Origin: Octopus sinensis | Taxonomy: Eukaryota | Assembly (NCBI RefSeq): GCF_006345805.1 | Contig: NW_021835315.1 | Coordinates: 1 to 41,254, forward strand | Direction: 5' to 3' | Length of the DNA: 41,254 bases | Shown: positions 1 through 9,732 of the stretch, piece after piece | Position numbering within the stretch: position 1 is the stretch's first letter | Layout of the letters: each line of letters starts with the position of its first letter | The notes under the pieces: model-generated | What the model was told of the DNA's origin: nothing | The model's database searches: none | Seen by the model: only the letters and a program-made list of their open reading frames with translations | Position numbers and translations under genes: made by a program

Positions 1-970
1 TATACACAGTATCTTGTCCTACATCTTGATGGCAAATCTGGAGTTCTAGGCACCACGCAGTGGCGCCCAGTTCTGGCATTTGTGTAACTCTCGATGCCAA
101 AGTTTGGAACACGTCCCTCCAGGATCTTCCAGATGTATATTATGGCATATCTTTCCCGCCTATGCTCCAAGGAATATAGTTTCAATCTCTTGAGTCTTTC
201 CCAGTAGCTTACATTCTGCATAGAGGCTATCTTCTTTGTGTAGCTACGCTGGATCGCCTCGAGCTCTGTGATCAACTTGACACTGGATGGTGACCATAAC
301 TGAGAGCAGTAGTCAAAGTGGCTTAGGACAAGTGTCCTCCAGAGGACCATCATGGTTTCTTGTTCTCTTGTTCTAAAGGTTCTGAGAATCCATCCGGCCA
401 GTCGTCTACATTTCATTGCCAATTTAGCAACATGTACACGAAAGGTTGCGCCATCACTCATGTAAATACCCAGGTCACGCACTGATTGTGCCTCTGGGAT
501 TGCTATTCCTCCGGGTCCAGTGTATTCATTGGGTATTGCATTCAGTTTTGCATGCTGATAGTATAAAGCTTGAAACTTTTCAGCATTGAACTGCATGCTA
601 TTCTTTTCAGCCCACCTGTATATTTTGTCCAGCTCACATTGCAGGCGTTTAGTGTCCTCAGGGTTCTGTATTGCCTGTGAAACTTTTGTATCATCTGCAT
701 AACTTGTGATCGTTGCTCTCTGCATGGCTGAGGGCATGTCTGAGAGGGCCATTATGAACAGTAGTGGTCCCAGAACAGTGCCCTGCGGAACACCGCTCAC
801 TATTTGCGTGTTAATGGAAGTGGCCCCATTGGCTACTACCACCTGACTCCTATCTTTCAGAAAGTCATGAAGCCATTCTCCCAGTTTTAAACAGCTTCTC
901 CCTGGTCGGAAACCATGTTGGGTGTCGGGCAGCAATTCATTTTCTTCAAGGAAGGTGATCAGTTTCCTTT
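1..970 (-). mobile_element. CR1-type LINE reverse transcriptase fragment (5'-truncated, runs off window edge, internal in-frame deletion)
   Basis: Manual minus-strand translation is open throughout: ...KLITFLEENELLPDTQHGFRPGRSC/LKLGEWLHDFLKDRSQ...SGVPQGTVLGPLLF...YADDTK...WAEKNSMQFNAEKF...DLGIYMSD...FDYCSQLWSP...YSLEHRRERY. These are typical CR1-clade RT and C-terminal motifs. Confidence 0.93.
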
Positions 971-1157
971 CTACATTGATTCTGCTCAGTCTAATTGTAA
1001 ATTCAATAATGTAGATAAGATTGCTAGTCGTAAAGAATTATTGATACAACATAACTTACGCACCGATACAAAGCGAATGAAGGCAGATAACCCTTATTTA
1101 ATCCCCTATTATCGATCTAAAAGTAAATATAAAACTTCAAAAGTAATTACGCTATGA

Positions 1158-1841
1158 ATACTAGTAAAATATTGGTTAATAATTCCTTACGGGAGACAAA
1201 TTAAATCTAATCTCCCACTGCTGTTTCGTCAAGCTATTGCTAGGAATTTTCCAAACAATTCTAGATATTACTCTATAATTAATTCAAACACAAAAAATCT
1301 CTTGCAAATTATATCTTCTCATAATAGCAAACTGTTAAATATTAATACATTTACTAATACTAACATTAATTTAGCTAATACCATCCAACCCTCTAGAAAT
1401 ATTAATAACAAGGTTATTGTATCTGAAGTCAATTCCAATAGAATTAAATTTATGTCAAGTAACTCTAAGATTAAAAATTCTATATACCAGTGTATAATCA
1501 CTACTCGTAATAAAGTACGATTTTACATTGGAAGCACATCGTTAGAGTTATCTAAAAGAATTTCTATCCATTACTCAACATTTAGGGATAGAAATAAACG
1601 GAATAGTACTGGTCTCAGCAAATTGATTTGGGATTTAAAAGACCACAATGAACAATTTCATTTAGAATGGTTGATCCTCTCAATTTCGATACCATATGAC
1701 AAAGGCAAGAAATTCTGTCTTCTCTGCAATTCTGAGCTATTTTTCATTATTTTTTCTAAAAATACTCTAGTAAACACGATTATAGAGCGAGCATACAGAT
1801 CTAAGCATTGGCAAAAACGTACATTTAGTGCATATAAGTAG
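1158..1841 (+). pseudogene. PLE linker plus GIY-YIG endonuclease domain, degenerate
   Basis: Open frame after TGA at 1155-1157: WLIIPY...NFPNNSRYYSIINSNT...IISSHNSKLL...IYQCII...FYIGST...KRISIHYSTF...TGLSKLIWDLK...W...PY...CLLCNSE. This matches the PLE pattern YIG.T..RY..H..T.LS..IW.LK..W..Y..C.LC..E. Confidence 0.85.
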
Positions 1842-2043
1842 TCTCTATCATTATATATAATTTAAACTTTAATTTCCTTAATATTTAACATTCACTATTA
1901 ATATCCCTACTCTTTCTGTTAGCTACTTATGACGTTATATCATATAACGTTTTTTTTAACAATATTATAGCGTTCTGTCTATCGCTATAACAAATCCATC
2001 ATTTTTTGCTAAAATGTCGTATTGACGAGTTTCGTTTTTTTTC

Positions 2044-2129
2044 ACTTTCCTGAAGAGAAGATTGCATTGTTTATACCATTTATTCTTTTGAATAGTATCA
2101 GTGGAATTTTCGAAACATGTGTCGAAAGT
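2044..2129 (+). ncRNA. Type I hammerhead ribozyme, intact core
   Basis: Stem I ACTTTC(2044-49)/GAAAGT(2124-29); CTGAAGA 2050-56; stem II GAAGA...TTTTC closed by G-C; GAAA 2112-15; stem III AC-ATGT-GT; GUC triplet with predicted cleavage after 2123. Confidence 0.85.
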
Positions 2130-2322
2130 AAAAATATTTGTTTACACCTGCGTTAACTCCATTTTTTATTCATATTATTCAAATATTCAACGTAAATACG
2201 AATTTCTACCTTTATAAACAAGGAGTTACAACACCTTTACTTGTGAGATTTTTGCTGCCCTGGTAACTATTTATTTATTTATTTTTCCGTGTTAATTGTT
2301 AACAAGGTAAAAATACACTCAT

Positions 2323-2325
<3 letters not shown>

Positions 2326-2384
<59 letters not shown>

Positions 2385-2498
2385 CCTCCTTCTTTCTTTC
2401 CTTTCCTGAGCGTCCAATAACACTATACTTGTTCCATGTCCTCGAGTTGTTGTGTTTTCTCTTTGTGTTTTCATGTTGGGATTAACTATATATATATA

Positions 2499-2547
<49 letters not shown>
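2326..2547. repeat. (TA)n microsatellite interrupted by a 106-bp PLE-terminus-like fragment
   Basis: TA runs at 2326-2380 and 2487-2547, seen directly. Confidence 0.95.
2381..2486 (+). mobile_element. Truncated copy of the HHR-bearing element at 23971-24164
   Basis: aaatcctccttc...ctgagcgtccaataa...ttgttcca.gtcctc...gttgggattaac aligns with the reverse complement of 23971-24062. Confidence 0.85.
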
Positions 2548-2551
<4 letters not shown>

Positions 2552-2711
2552 GTATACTTGCCATCTCAATATGCTAACCACTAAGGGTGGGTGTTACTGT
2601 AGCTTGTAGCCCCAGGAGAACATTGTCTCCAGCTGGCTTTAGGCACACTTTCTGTGCCCTTATGGTATTTGCAAAGGGAGGTCACCCTTCCCTCGTCAAC
2701 CTAAGTGATAC

Positions 2712-2754
2712 GCACGGACTGCAGTTTCTAGGTATTGACTTGTCATCAGCGTAC
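2712..2754 (-). ncRNA. Type I hammerhead-like motif, stem II base degenerate
   Basis: Minus strand: GTACG CTGATGA caagt caat accta GAAA CTGCAG TC CGTGC. Stem I has 5 bp (one G-U), stem III is palindromic and the triplet is GUC, but the 10.1-11.1 pair is a C/A mismatch. Confidence 0.65.
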
Positions 2755-3156
2755 AACAATCACCGGTTTTCGATGAAGGGGGTCCCAATGCAAATACTTA
2801 TATCGTTTTTCCAGTAACTTTTCATAACTGATCTCAAAAAACTGTATGCAAGCAATAATAAATCTCTGAACGAGGTATAAACAGTAACTGCACGACAATG
2901 TGAGGTATACTTGCCATCTCAATATGGCTAACCACTAAGGGTGGGTGTTACTGTAGCTTGTAGCCCCAGGAGAACATCGTCTCCAGATGGCTTTAGGCAC
3001 ACTTTCTGTGCACTTATGGTATTTGCAAATTTATACCGTTTTTCCAGTAACTTTTCGTCACTGATCTCGAAAAACTGTATGCAAGCAATAATAAATCTCT
3101 GAACGAGGTATAAGTATTTGCATTGGGACCCCCTTCATCGAAAACCGGTGATTGTC

Positions 3157-3199
3157 GTACGCTGATGACAGGTCAATACCTAGAAACTGCAGTCCATGC
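3157..3199 (+). ncRNA. Type I hammerhead-like motif, inverted paralogue of 2712-2754
   Basis: GTACG CTGATGA c AGGT caat ACCT a GAAA CTGCAG TC CATGC. Stem II has 4 bp, the 10.1-11.1 pair is a C/A mismatch and stem I has one mismatch. Confidence 0.65.
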
Positions 3200-3379
3200 G
3201 TATCACTTAGGCTGACGAGGGAAGGGTGACCTCCCTTTGCAAATAGCCTGATTTCAAAATGGTATGATATGCTGGGCTATGACCTAGGGGTAAAGTTGAA
3301 AAAGTGTTACACACTGACATTCACATTTATTATATTAGATACATTTAATTTTGGGGAACCTGTATTTCAGTTAAAGGGT

Positions 3380-3415
<36 letters not shown>

Positions 3416-3805
3416 ACACACACACATGTATTAAAGAAAGCAAAAAAATAAGACAAAAATGATAGTGTTCAGTGGCTGGTTCAGCATGCAGGCCACAGGA
3501 ATTTCTGTCCAGGAAAGTTGTACATCCTCTCCCTCTTTCTCTCACATACATACTCTCTCTTCCCCTCTCCCTCTCTCTCTCTCTCTCTCATTACTCCCAT
3601 TGCCACCATCAACCCTAATACTTTTAATAAAACATATCGACTCTCCCTAAATTTCTCTTTCTCTCTCTCTCTCTTTCTCCCTCTCTCTCTCTCTCTCTCT
3701 TTGCTACCATCACCCCAGCACAAGGAAGTGTCATTGAATAGTGAGAGAGGGGGTCAAAGTGTGACACACTGACACACAGAAATTAGTTTTCACATTTATA
3801 TTAGA

Positions 3806-5317
3806 CTAGCAGTATCGCCCGGCGTTGCTTGGGTTTGTTTCGACCCGTTGGAATTGGAATTTTTGAAAAGTAAAAATTTTGCATTATGTAGCTTGTTATT
3901 CTCTTCAAGTGAACATTTTTCTGGTTGAAATACACCGAAAAATGGCAACACAGCAGTGAAAAAATCGTAAAAAATAGGGATTTTCATAGAAAAAAGCACA
4001 GATCTTTTCCTTTTGATGGACGGGATTTTCTAGTTAACTAAACAATTTGAAACTTCGTATACTGGTAGAATGTGTGAAAAGAAAACATTATTGTAAACAA
4101 AATTGAAAACAAAATTGTAATTTGTAAGTTTAACATAGTTTAATTCTTCGAATTTTAACCAATGAAATCTCAGCATCTTCGAATTTTAACCAATGAAATC
4201 CCAGCATTTGAGCTCAAATCATTTGCTGCATTATCGATATTGATAAAGAAACATAGCAGACGCACGCCGCATACACACACACACACACACATACACACAC
4301 ACATATTCAGATACATACACACGTACACTTGCACACACACACACACACACACTCTGTCACTATCTCTCTCTCTCTCTCTCTCTCAAACACATGCATATAC
4401 ATTTGCACAAGCACATAGTAATTAATATATAAGCGTACACGCACATACAAACGGAGATATACATACACACACATACGCAGCTTTGTCCCCTCTGTGTTTT
4501 GCCCCTTGCCGCAACAAATTTACACAAAAGGTAAATAAACCAGAAGGGCGGGGGGGTCAATGTTTCATCGTTTCGGGGTCGATAAATTAAGTACCAATTA
4601 CGCACTGGTGTCGAGGATTTTTTTCCCAATTTATATCACAGCCTCCGACAAGCTGGGGCATCCTTTTATGAAAAAATATTTCACAAATTTTTACAATACG
4701 ACCCACTCCACGCACACCTTCTAGACCGATTTAGGCATATTATTGTTTTGTTTTTGTTGTTTCTGGCCCTTCAAAACCATGGGAGAAGCCTTTTCGGTAA
4801 AAAAAATAAAGAAAATATTCAAAAAATATCGTTAATATTTTTATTGGGCGACGAAATTCATCGATTTAAGAGATATAGCTGTTATTTCTAGCACATGCAG
4901 AAGACAGTGTGTGTGTGAGTTTTTAGACGCAGAAAATGATTTGAGCTCAAATGCTGGGATTTCATTGGTTAAAATTCGAAGAATTAAACTACGTTATACT
5001 TACAAATTACAATTTTGTTTACAATAATGTTTTCTTTTGACACATTCTACCAGTATACAAAGTTTCAAATTGTTTAGTTAACTAGAAAATTCCGTCCATC
5101 AAAAGGAAAAGATCCAAAAGCACCTTTTTGATGTAAATAATTTTTGGTGTTAACATGGTCCGATTTGAATTTTATCTTCTACGGAAGGAAGAGCAACCCT
5201 TCTATCATACTCTCAATTTTGGTCAACTTGTGCCGCAGGGTCTCGGAGGAGATAATGTTAGTTGAAGGTTACCAAACCTGGCGCACACAGACAACTTCAG
5301 CTTTATATAGAGAGAGA
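3806..5317 (-). mobile_element. Non-autonomous Helitron with a nested long-TIR MITE
   Basis: Minus strand begins A|TCTCTCTCTATATAAAGCTGAAG and ends with a GC-rich hairpin (cccaagcaacgccggg) followed by CTAG|T. These are canonical Helitron termini at an A^T target. Confidence 0.8.
4000..5115. mobile_element. MITE or foldback element with about 180-220 bp TIRs and 8-bp TSD (MULE- or hAT-like)
   Basis: Left arm 4000-4224 is the reverse complement of right arm 4934-5115, apart from two small internal duplications in the left arm. AAAAGCAC is duplicated at 3992-3999 and 5116-5123. Confidence 0.88.
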
Positions 5318-5455
5318 TAACACACACACATGTATGTATGGATGTATGTATGTATATATGTACGTCTGTCCACTTCTTGCCATATTTTTATCCTTCACTT
5401 CCTACACACACACACACGCACACACACACACACACACACGCACACACCTTAGCTT

Positions 5456-6022
5456 ACAATTTCTTTCTTTCAACAATTGACAACTGAAGTACACTCACAA
5501 ATTAATACTACCAAAACTTAGCGACAGAAAGTAAATTAAAAACCAATTTTAATTTATAAAATATAGAATGGAATGTACTTCGAAAAATCATAGGTAAATT
5601 CCAATTGAAGAAATTGTGTGAGGAGTATTTATTTGTTTCTGTTTCCTGTGTATTTTTTTTGAGTAGTGGCTGAAGGTACACTTGCAAAGAGAAAGTAGGA
5701 GAAAGTGTGGTAATAGAAGGAGTGAAGCAGTTGAAATTAGAGAGGCAAATCGTTACACTTACAAAGAGAAAGTAGGAGAAAGTGTGATAATAGAAGGAGT
5801 GAAGCAGTTGAAATTAGAGAGGCAAATCGTAAAATATTTAGTTTTCTCGAATTTTTGCTTAATTGGGGGTCAAATTGAAAAAAACTTTATATGCCATGAC
5901 CCAATCGAATCTACTTCGAAAAATCATAGGTAAATTCCAATTGAAGAAATTCTATATTGTACAATTGTATTAAAAACAAACTATGTGAGAGGCAGAGAAA
6001 ATCTGCCTTTTATCATAAGAGA
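5456..6022 (-). mobile_element. Second Helitron-like non-autonomous segment (5' terminus only)
   Basis: Minus strand starts A|TCTCTTATGATAAAAGGCAG, similar to the 5317 terminus. It contains a 77-bp tandem duplication (about 5677-5829) and a 38-bp direct repeat (about 5577 and 5911). The left boundary is approximate. Confidence 0.55.
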
Positions 6023-8158
6023 TGAACAGCCAACTGTTGAATCAGTGAATTACGTTCATGTTTGCAAATCCAAATATTCTTCAGAATGCTGGATTGCTGC
6101 TAATGTATCTACTTTGTTGATATATACTGACTTCATCTTGTACATCCTGTCTTTGTAGAGCAATCACTGCGGCATTGGATCCTTTGTTTACATATTGGCA
6201 GACATATTTAATGGATTTCCCTGAGTTGCAAAATTCAACATTGATATGAGCATTAAATATTTTGAGTAACAATGGGCAATATGGAACAATCCACCTATTA
6301 TCAATTTGATATCCATCATTTTCACCAATTTCTGTTGGAAGGTCCTAGCAGTGAGATCATGTCTATTTACATGTGTTTGACTTAGAAGCAATTCATTTTG
6401 AATCTCTTTTCACTTTGGATTACATGTGAAAGTTATAAAAAGGCCTGGTCTACCAAAGTTTGTATCATGGTATCTTGTGTTCTTTCATGCATATATCTGG
6501 GGCTACCAGTGAAGCTGGATGGAAGGATGAATAACTTCCCAGTGTCTTCAGCAACTTCATTTTTGATGCCATCATGTAAATGAATGTATGGCTCGGATCT
6601 TAATTCTTTCTGGTGGAATCTTACGAATGCTTCAACTTTCTGCCTCAACTTTTGCATACAAGTCCACAGCAAATTGATGGAACAAATTTCACATTCAGTG
6701 GAGTGAATTGAAATTGTCTTGATAAACCATAAAATGATAGGAATGAAAATCCATACATGTAACTGTGTTTCTGGTGTTATTATTTTCAGCATTTTGAGGG
6801 ATTTTTAAATGGTATCCATCTTCCCTATTCACATAAATTAAAGGGTATTGGAGAGCATAAGAGCGATGTGTTTCATTTATTCTCTGTAATTGATAATCTC
6901 TCCCATGAAGGATTATCTCATGCTTACCATGCTTTTCTCCAGATATTGCACTAACAACTTCATTACATTCAGGTTCATTGTAGTGACATGAATGCTCTCC
7001 TGATGGTCTCTTGTCAGCATTTATTACTACTTTGAGTTCTTCTACAGGCACATCTTCTTGGGCATACTTGAAACTTCTAATATAGCTGTTTCTTGCATGT
7101 AACATATCTTGTTGTTATAATATGATTTTATACTTTGTTTCTTTATTCCTTTCATATCTTATCAATGCTTGGGTTTTCACATCACCGATGAAATACAAAT
7201 GTAAATATTTTGGTTCTTCCTCTGAAAGCAGCCGAAATGACCTAATTTTATGGTACACTTACCTTTGGATCTTGAAAGTGGGCATAAAGCCACCTTCATG
7301 GTTGATATTTGCACCAAATGATGTCACTCAGAATGCATTAGTGTACTTCTGTATATTTTGAAGAAAATGTCTTGATTCAGTGGTTGTACCAATCAGCAGT
7401 CCCTTCAATCGTCCTGGTGGTTTGGATGATAGTTTCAGCTTCATCTTTCCATTTGAACAGCACAACCCAGATGACTCACCTTTCCATTTTTTAGCACCTG
7501 TTTTGACAAATCTTGTTCATCAAGGAAATTTGAACTAAATGTTCTGGGACATACTCTTGATGTGGATTGTAACTAAAAACAGCAAAGTTCCACTTGGCAG
7601 CCTTTTTAAATCATAAAGCTTCTGTTCTTGTTTTCTGTGCACATAGTCTTTGAGTTGCTTGAGCTTCAGTTTCCTCATGCCAATTTTGAGCTGCTCTATT
7701 TCTCTCCATTTGCTGTCTTGATGATTTTCAAGGAATGGTTGTTTTCATTGTCCTATCATCAGCAAGTCTTTTTGATCTTAGTTCTTCTGATTCATTTTGC
7801 CTGTATTCCACTGTCCTTTTTCTTTGTTTTTGGAATCTTTCTTGTTGCTGCTCTTCCCTCTCTTTTTTATCCTTGTATATTGGATATATAATATAAGGAA
7901 GCAGGAAAGAAAGAAAGTATTTACATGATGCAGTACTATTAACATTACACAAGACCCACTGCTCTCAATCAGCAGCTCACAGTGAACTGCTTACCTACCT
8001 GAACTGCCAAGTGCTCACAGTTCTTTTCTTTACAACAACTAGACAGTCACTTGAGGTGTGTTGGAATCCTTCCACAACACTTTCATTCTCCCTTTGTAGC
8101 TGCATTGCCTAGCTTTATGAGACTTTCTTTCAAATGAAGGTCTCTTCTTTGGTAGCAT
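6023..8158 (-). pseudogene. Helitron RepHel N-terminal half, heavily degraded
   Basis: Motifs: TSFGAN..EGGFMPTFKIQ; EPKYLHLYFIGD; KVVINADKRPSGEH; RINETHRSY; KELRSEPYIHL; ILPSSFTGSPRYMHE; RHDLTARTFQQKL; DNRWIVPYCPLLLKIFNAHINVEFCNSGKSIKYVCQYVNKGS; RYISSN. There are many stops and frameshifts. Confidence 0.92.
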
Positions 8159-8283
8159 TTTTTTTGCTTGCAGTTTACAATGTCACTATTTACAAATTTA
8201 AAATTCTTCTGTACAAAACTTCACCTAACCAAATTAAAATACGATTGCTTCAAACTTCACAAAATGAAAATAATATTACCTTG

Positions 8284-8974
8284 ATGCACTCAAAAACTAG
8301 TTAATTATTCATGTTCAAACTTACCATGAAAGATCCTTAGACACAGCTATATGTAGTCCTCAAATTTGGACCTATATTCTTTTAAGGGACGGCAGATAGT
8401 CCTCATTTAATTAAAGTTTGACTCGACTGTTAGTTTTGGTTGTTTCTGAAAAACAAATGGAAGTCAATGCAATATGTGTGACATGTTGTTAGTGTTAGCA
8501 GGTGTGTTTGGCTCTTTCTCGTTAACTGACTTAATGTCAAGAGACAGGAAATACCTTCTGCATGGCTGCCAGTGCTGATGCCTTGTAAAAAAGCATCCAG
8601 TCCACACTGTAAAGTGGTTGGCATTTGGAAGGGCATCCAGCTGTTAAAGCTTTTCCAAAACTGGCCTCACCTGTGCTTGTACCATGTAAAAAGCAATCAG
8701 TCCACCCTGTTAGGTGGTTGGTGTTAGTAAGATCATCCAGCTGTAAAAGCCCTGCAAAAACTGACACAAAAGTCTGGTGCAGGCTCCTTCCTGGCTGGCT
8801 CCTGTCAAACTGTCCAACCCATGCTAGCATGGAAGTCAAACTTTCATTGAATAAGGACTATCTCCTGTTTCTTAAAAGAATATGGGTCCAAATTTGAGGA
8901 CAATTTATAGCTAAGTCTTAGGACATTTCATATCAAGTTTGAACATGATTGGTTAACTGGTTTTTGAGAGCATT
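8284..8974. mobile_element. Old MITE-like inverted repeat (about 140-bp arms) enclosing an RTE-tail-like repeat
   Basis: 8284-8422 is roughly the reverse complement of 8835-8974 (shared catgttcaaactt, gtcctcaaatttggacc.atattcttttaag, aaagtttgac). Confidence 0.75.
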
Positions 8975-8999
8975 GGTAACAAACAAGCATTAAACTGCT

Positions 9000-9400
9000 A
9001 GATCCCTTTTCTCAACTGGATGCATTACTCAACCCACTTTCTAAACTATGGACTTACCTAGGGTTATACATAAGGAGGTATACCTTCACCGAAATATGGA
9101 TAAAGCCCCATACCCTCTAGAACAGGATGAGCCTTGAACTTCATACTTTTCTCTGCATCAAATTTTCTATCTACATCTCTGCATAAAAGTTTTCCTGCAT
9201 ATATATATATCTTGTCACTGATGACGGAATACCCAGTATATGGAAATGGGAATCAACACATTGATCCATTACCTGGGAAATCCCAGAAACAGCTGTAAGA
9301 CATTATTATTTATTCTCGCTTACTTTGATTCACCATTAACATGATTTAAATGATCTAGTAAGCTTGTCCTACCTTGGTTTTGTTTTCCTCTTCCTTTAAT
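9000..9400 (+). mobile_element. Possible old PLE 3' remnant
   Basis: Weak residual frame (LYIRR...WIKPHTL*NR..LELHTF) resembles a GIY-YIG C-terminus and is followed by an HHR-like motif. Boundaries are approximate. Confidence 0.35.
9213..9302 (+). ncRNA. Degenerate type I hammerhead-like motif with long stem II
   Basis: TGTCA CTGATGA c gga..cccag..aatgg..atcaa caca ttgat ccatt..ctggg..tcc ca GAAA CAGCTG TA AGACA. The first stem I pair is an A/A mismatch and the base of stem II is irregular. Confidence 0.55.
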
Positions 9401-9732
9401 TTATACCTGCTGACTCAGAAATAGGCTACGGATCCCCAGCTCCATCCCCCATTGTAAACTTTCATCCAAGTAGCTTATCAATTAGAGTACTCAGACGGTG
9501 TAGCTATTAGTTTAGATCACCAGTGGCCTAAATCCTTATTTGTGGTTTTAGAGTCAAGTTTTGGCTGCTATTTCCAGCGTGGTGGTATCTCTTAGATACC
9601 CTAAATTATAATTTTAATAATAATTATTACCTTTGAAGGTTTTTATTCCTATGCTGGCTACTTGATAAATCAATATTTAAATTAACGATCTTATCCTTAT
9701 TTATATAAATCCTTATTCGATATAGATATAAA

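Larger units (their letters stand above)
971..2325 (+). mobile_element. Penelope-like element remnant (GIY-YIG end plus 3' region with hammerhead)
   Basis: Contains the PLE-type GIY-YIG frame and a downstream type I HHR. The left boundary is approximate, and assignment of 971-1157 is weak. Confidence 0.8.
2548..3245. mobile_element. Two-copy 353-bp-period repeat with internal inversions and HHR motifs (retrozyme-like or PLE pLTR-like)
   Basis: Module A at 2548-2664 and 2901-3030; module B at 2665-2797 and inverted at 3114-3245; module C at 2798-2880 and 3031-3113; 20-bp spacer at 2881-2900. Confidence 0.85.

Noticed and set aside
915-1157. 80-aa ORF
   Set aside because: Its first part is the antisense of the CR1 RT. 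It is a chance chimera across the CR1/PLE junction.
3212-3245. CTGACGA followed by a hairpin (possible second hammerhead in module B)
   Set aside because: No GAAA follows the stem (tttgcaaat) and there is no stem I partner.
7872-7890. A|TCCAATATAC as a third Helitron 5' terminus
   Set aside because: Better explained as a splice acceptor after a polypyrimidine tract, since Helitron-like coding sequence continues upstream to about 8158.
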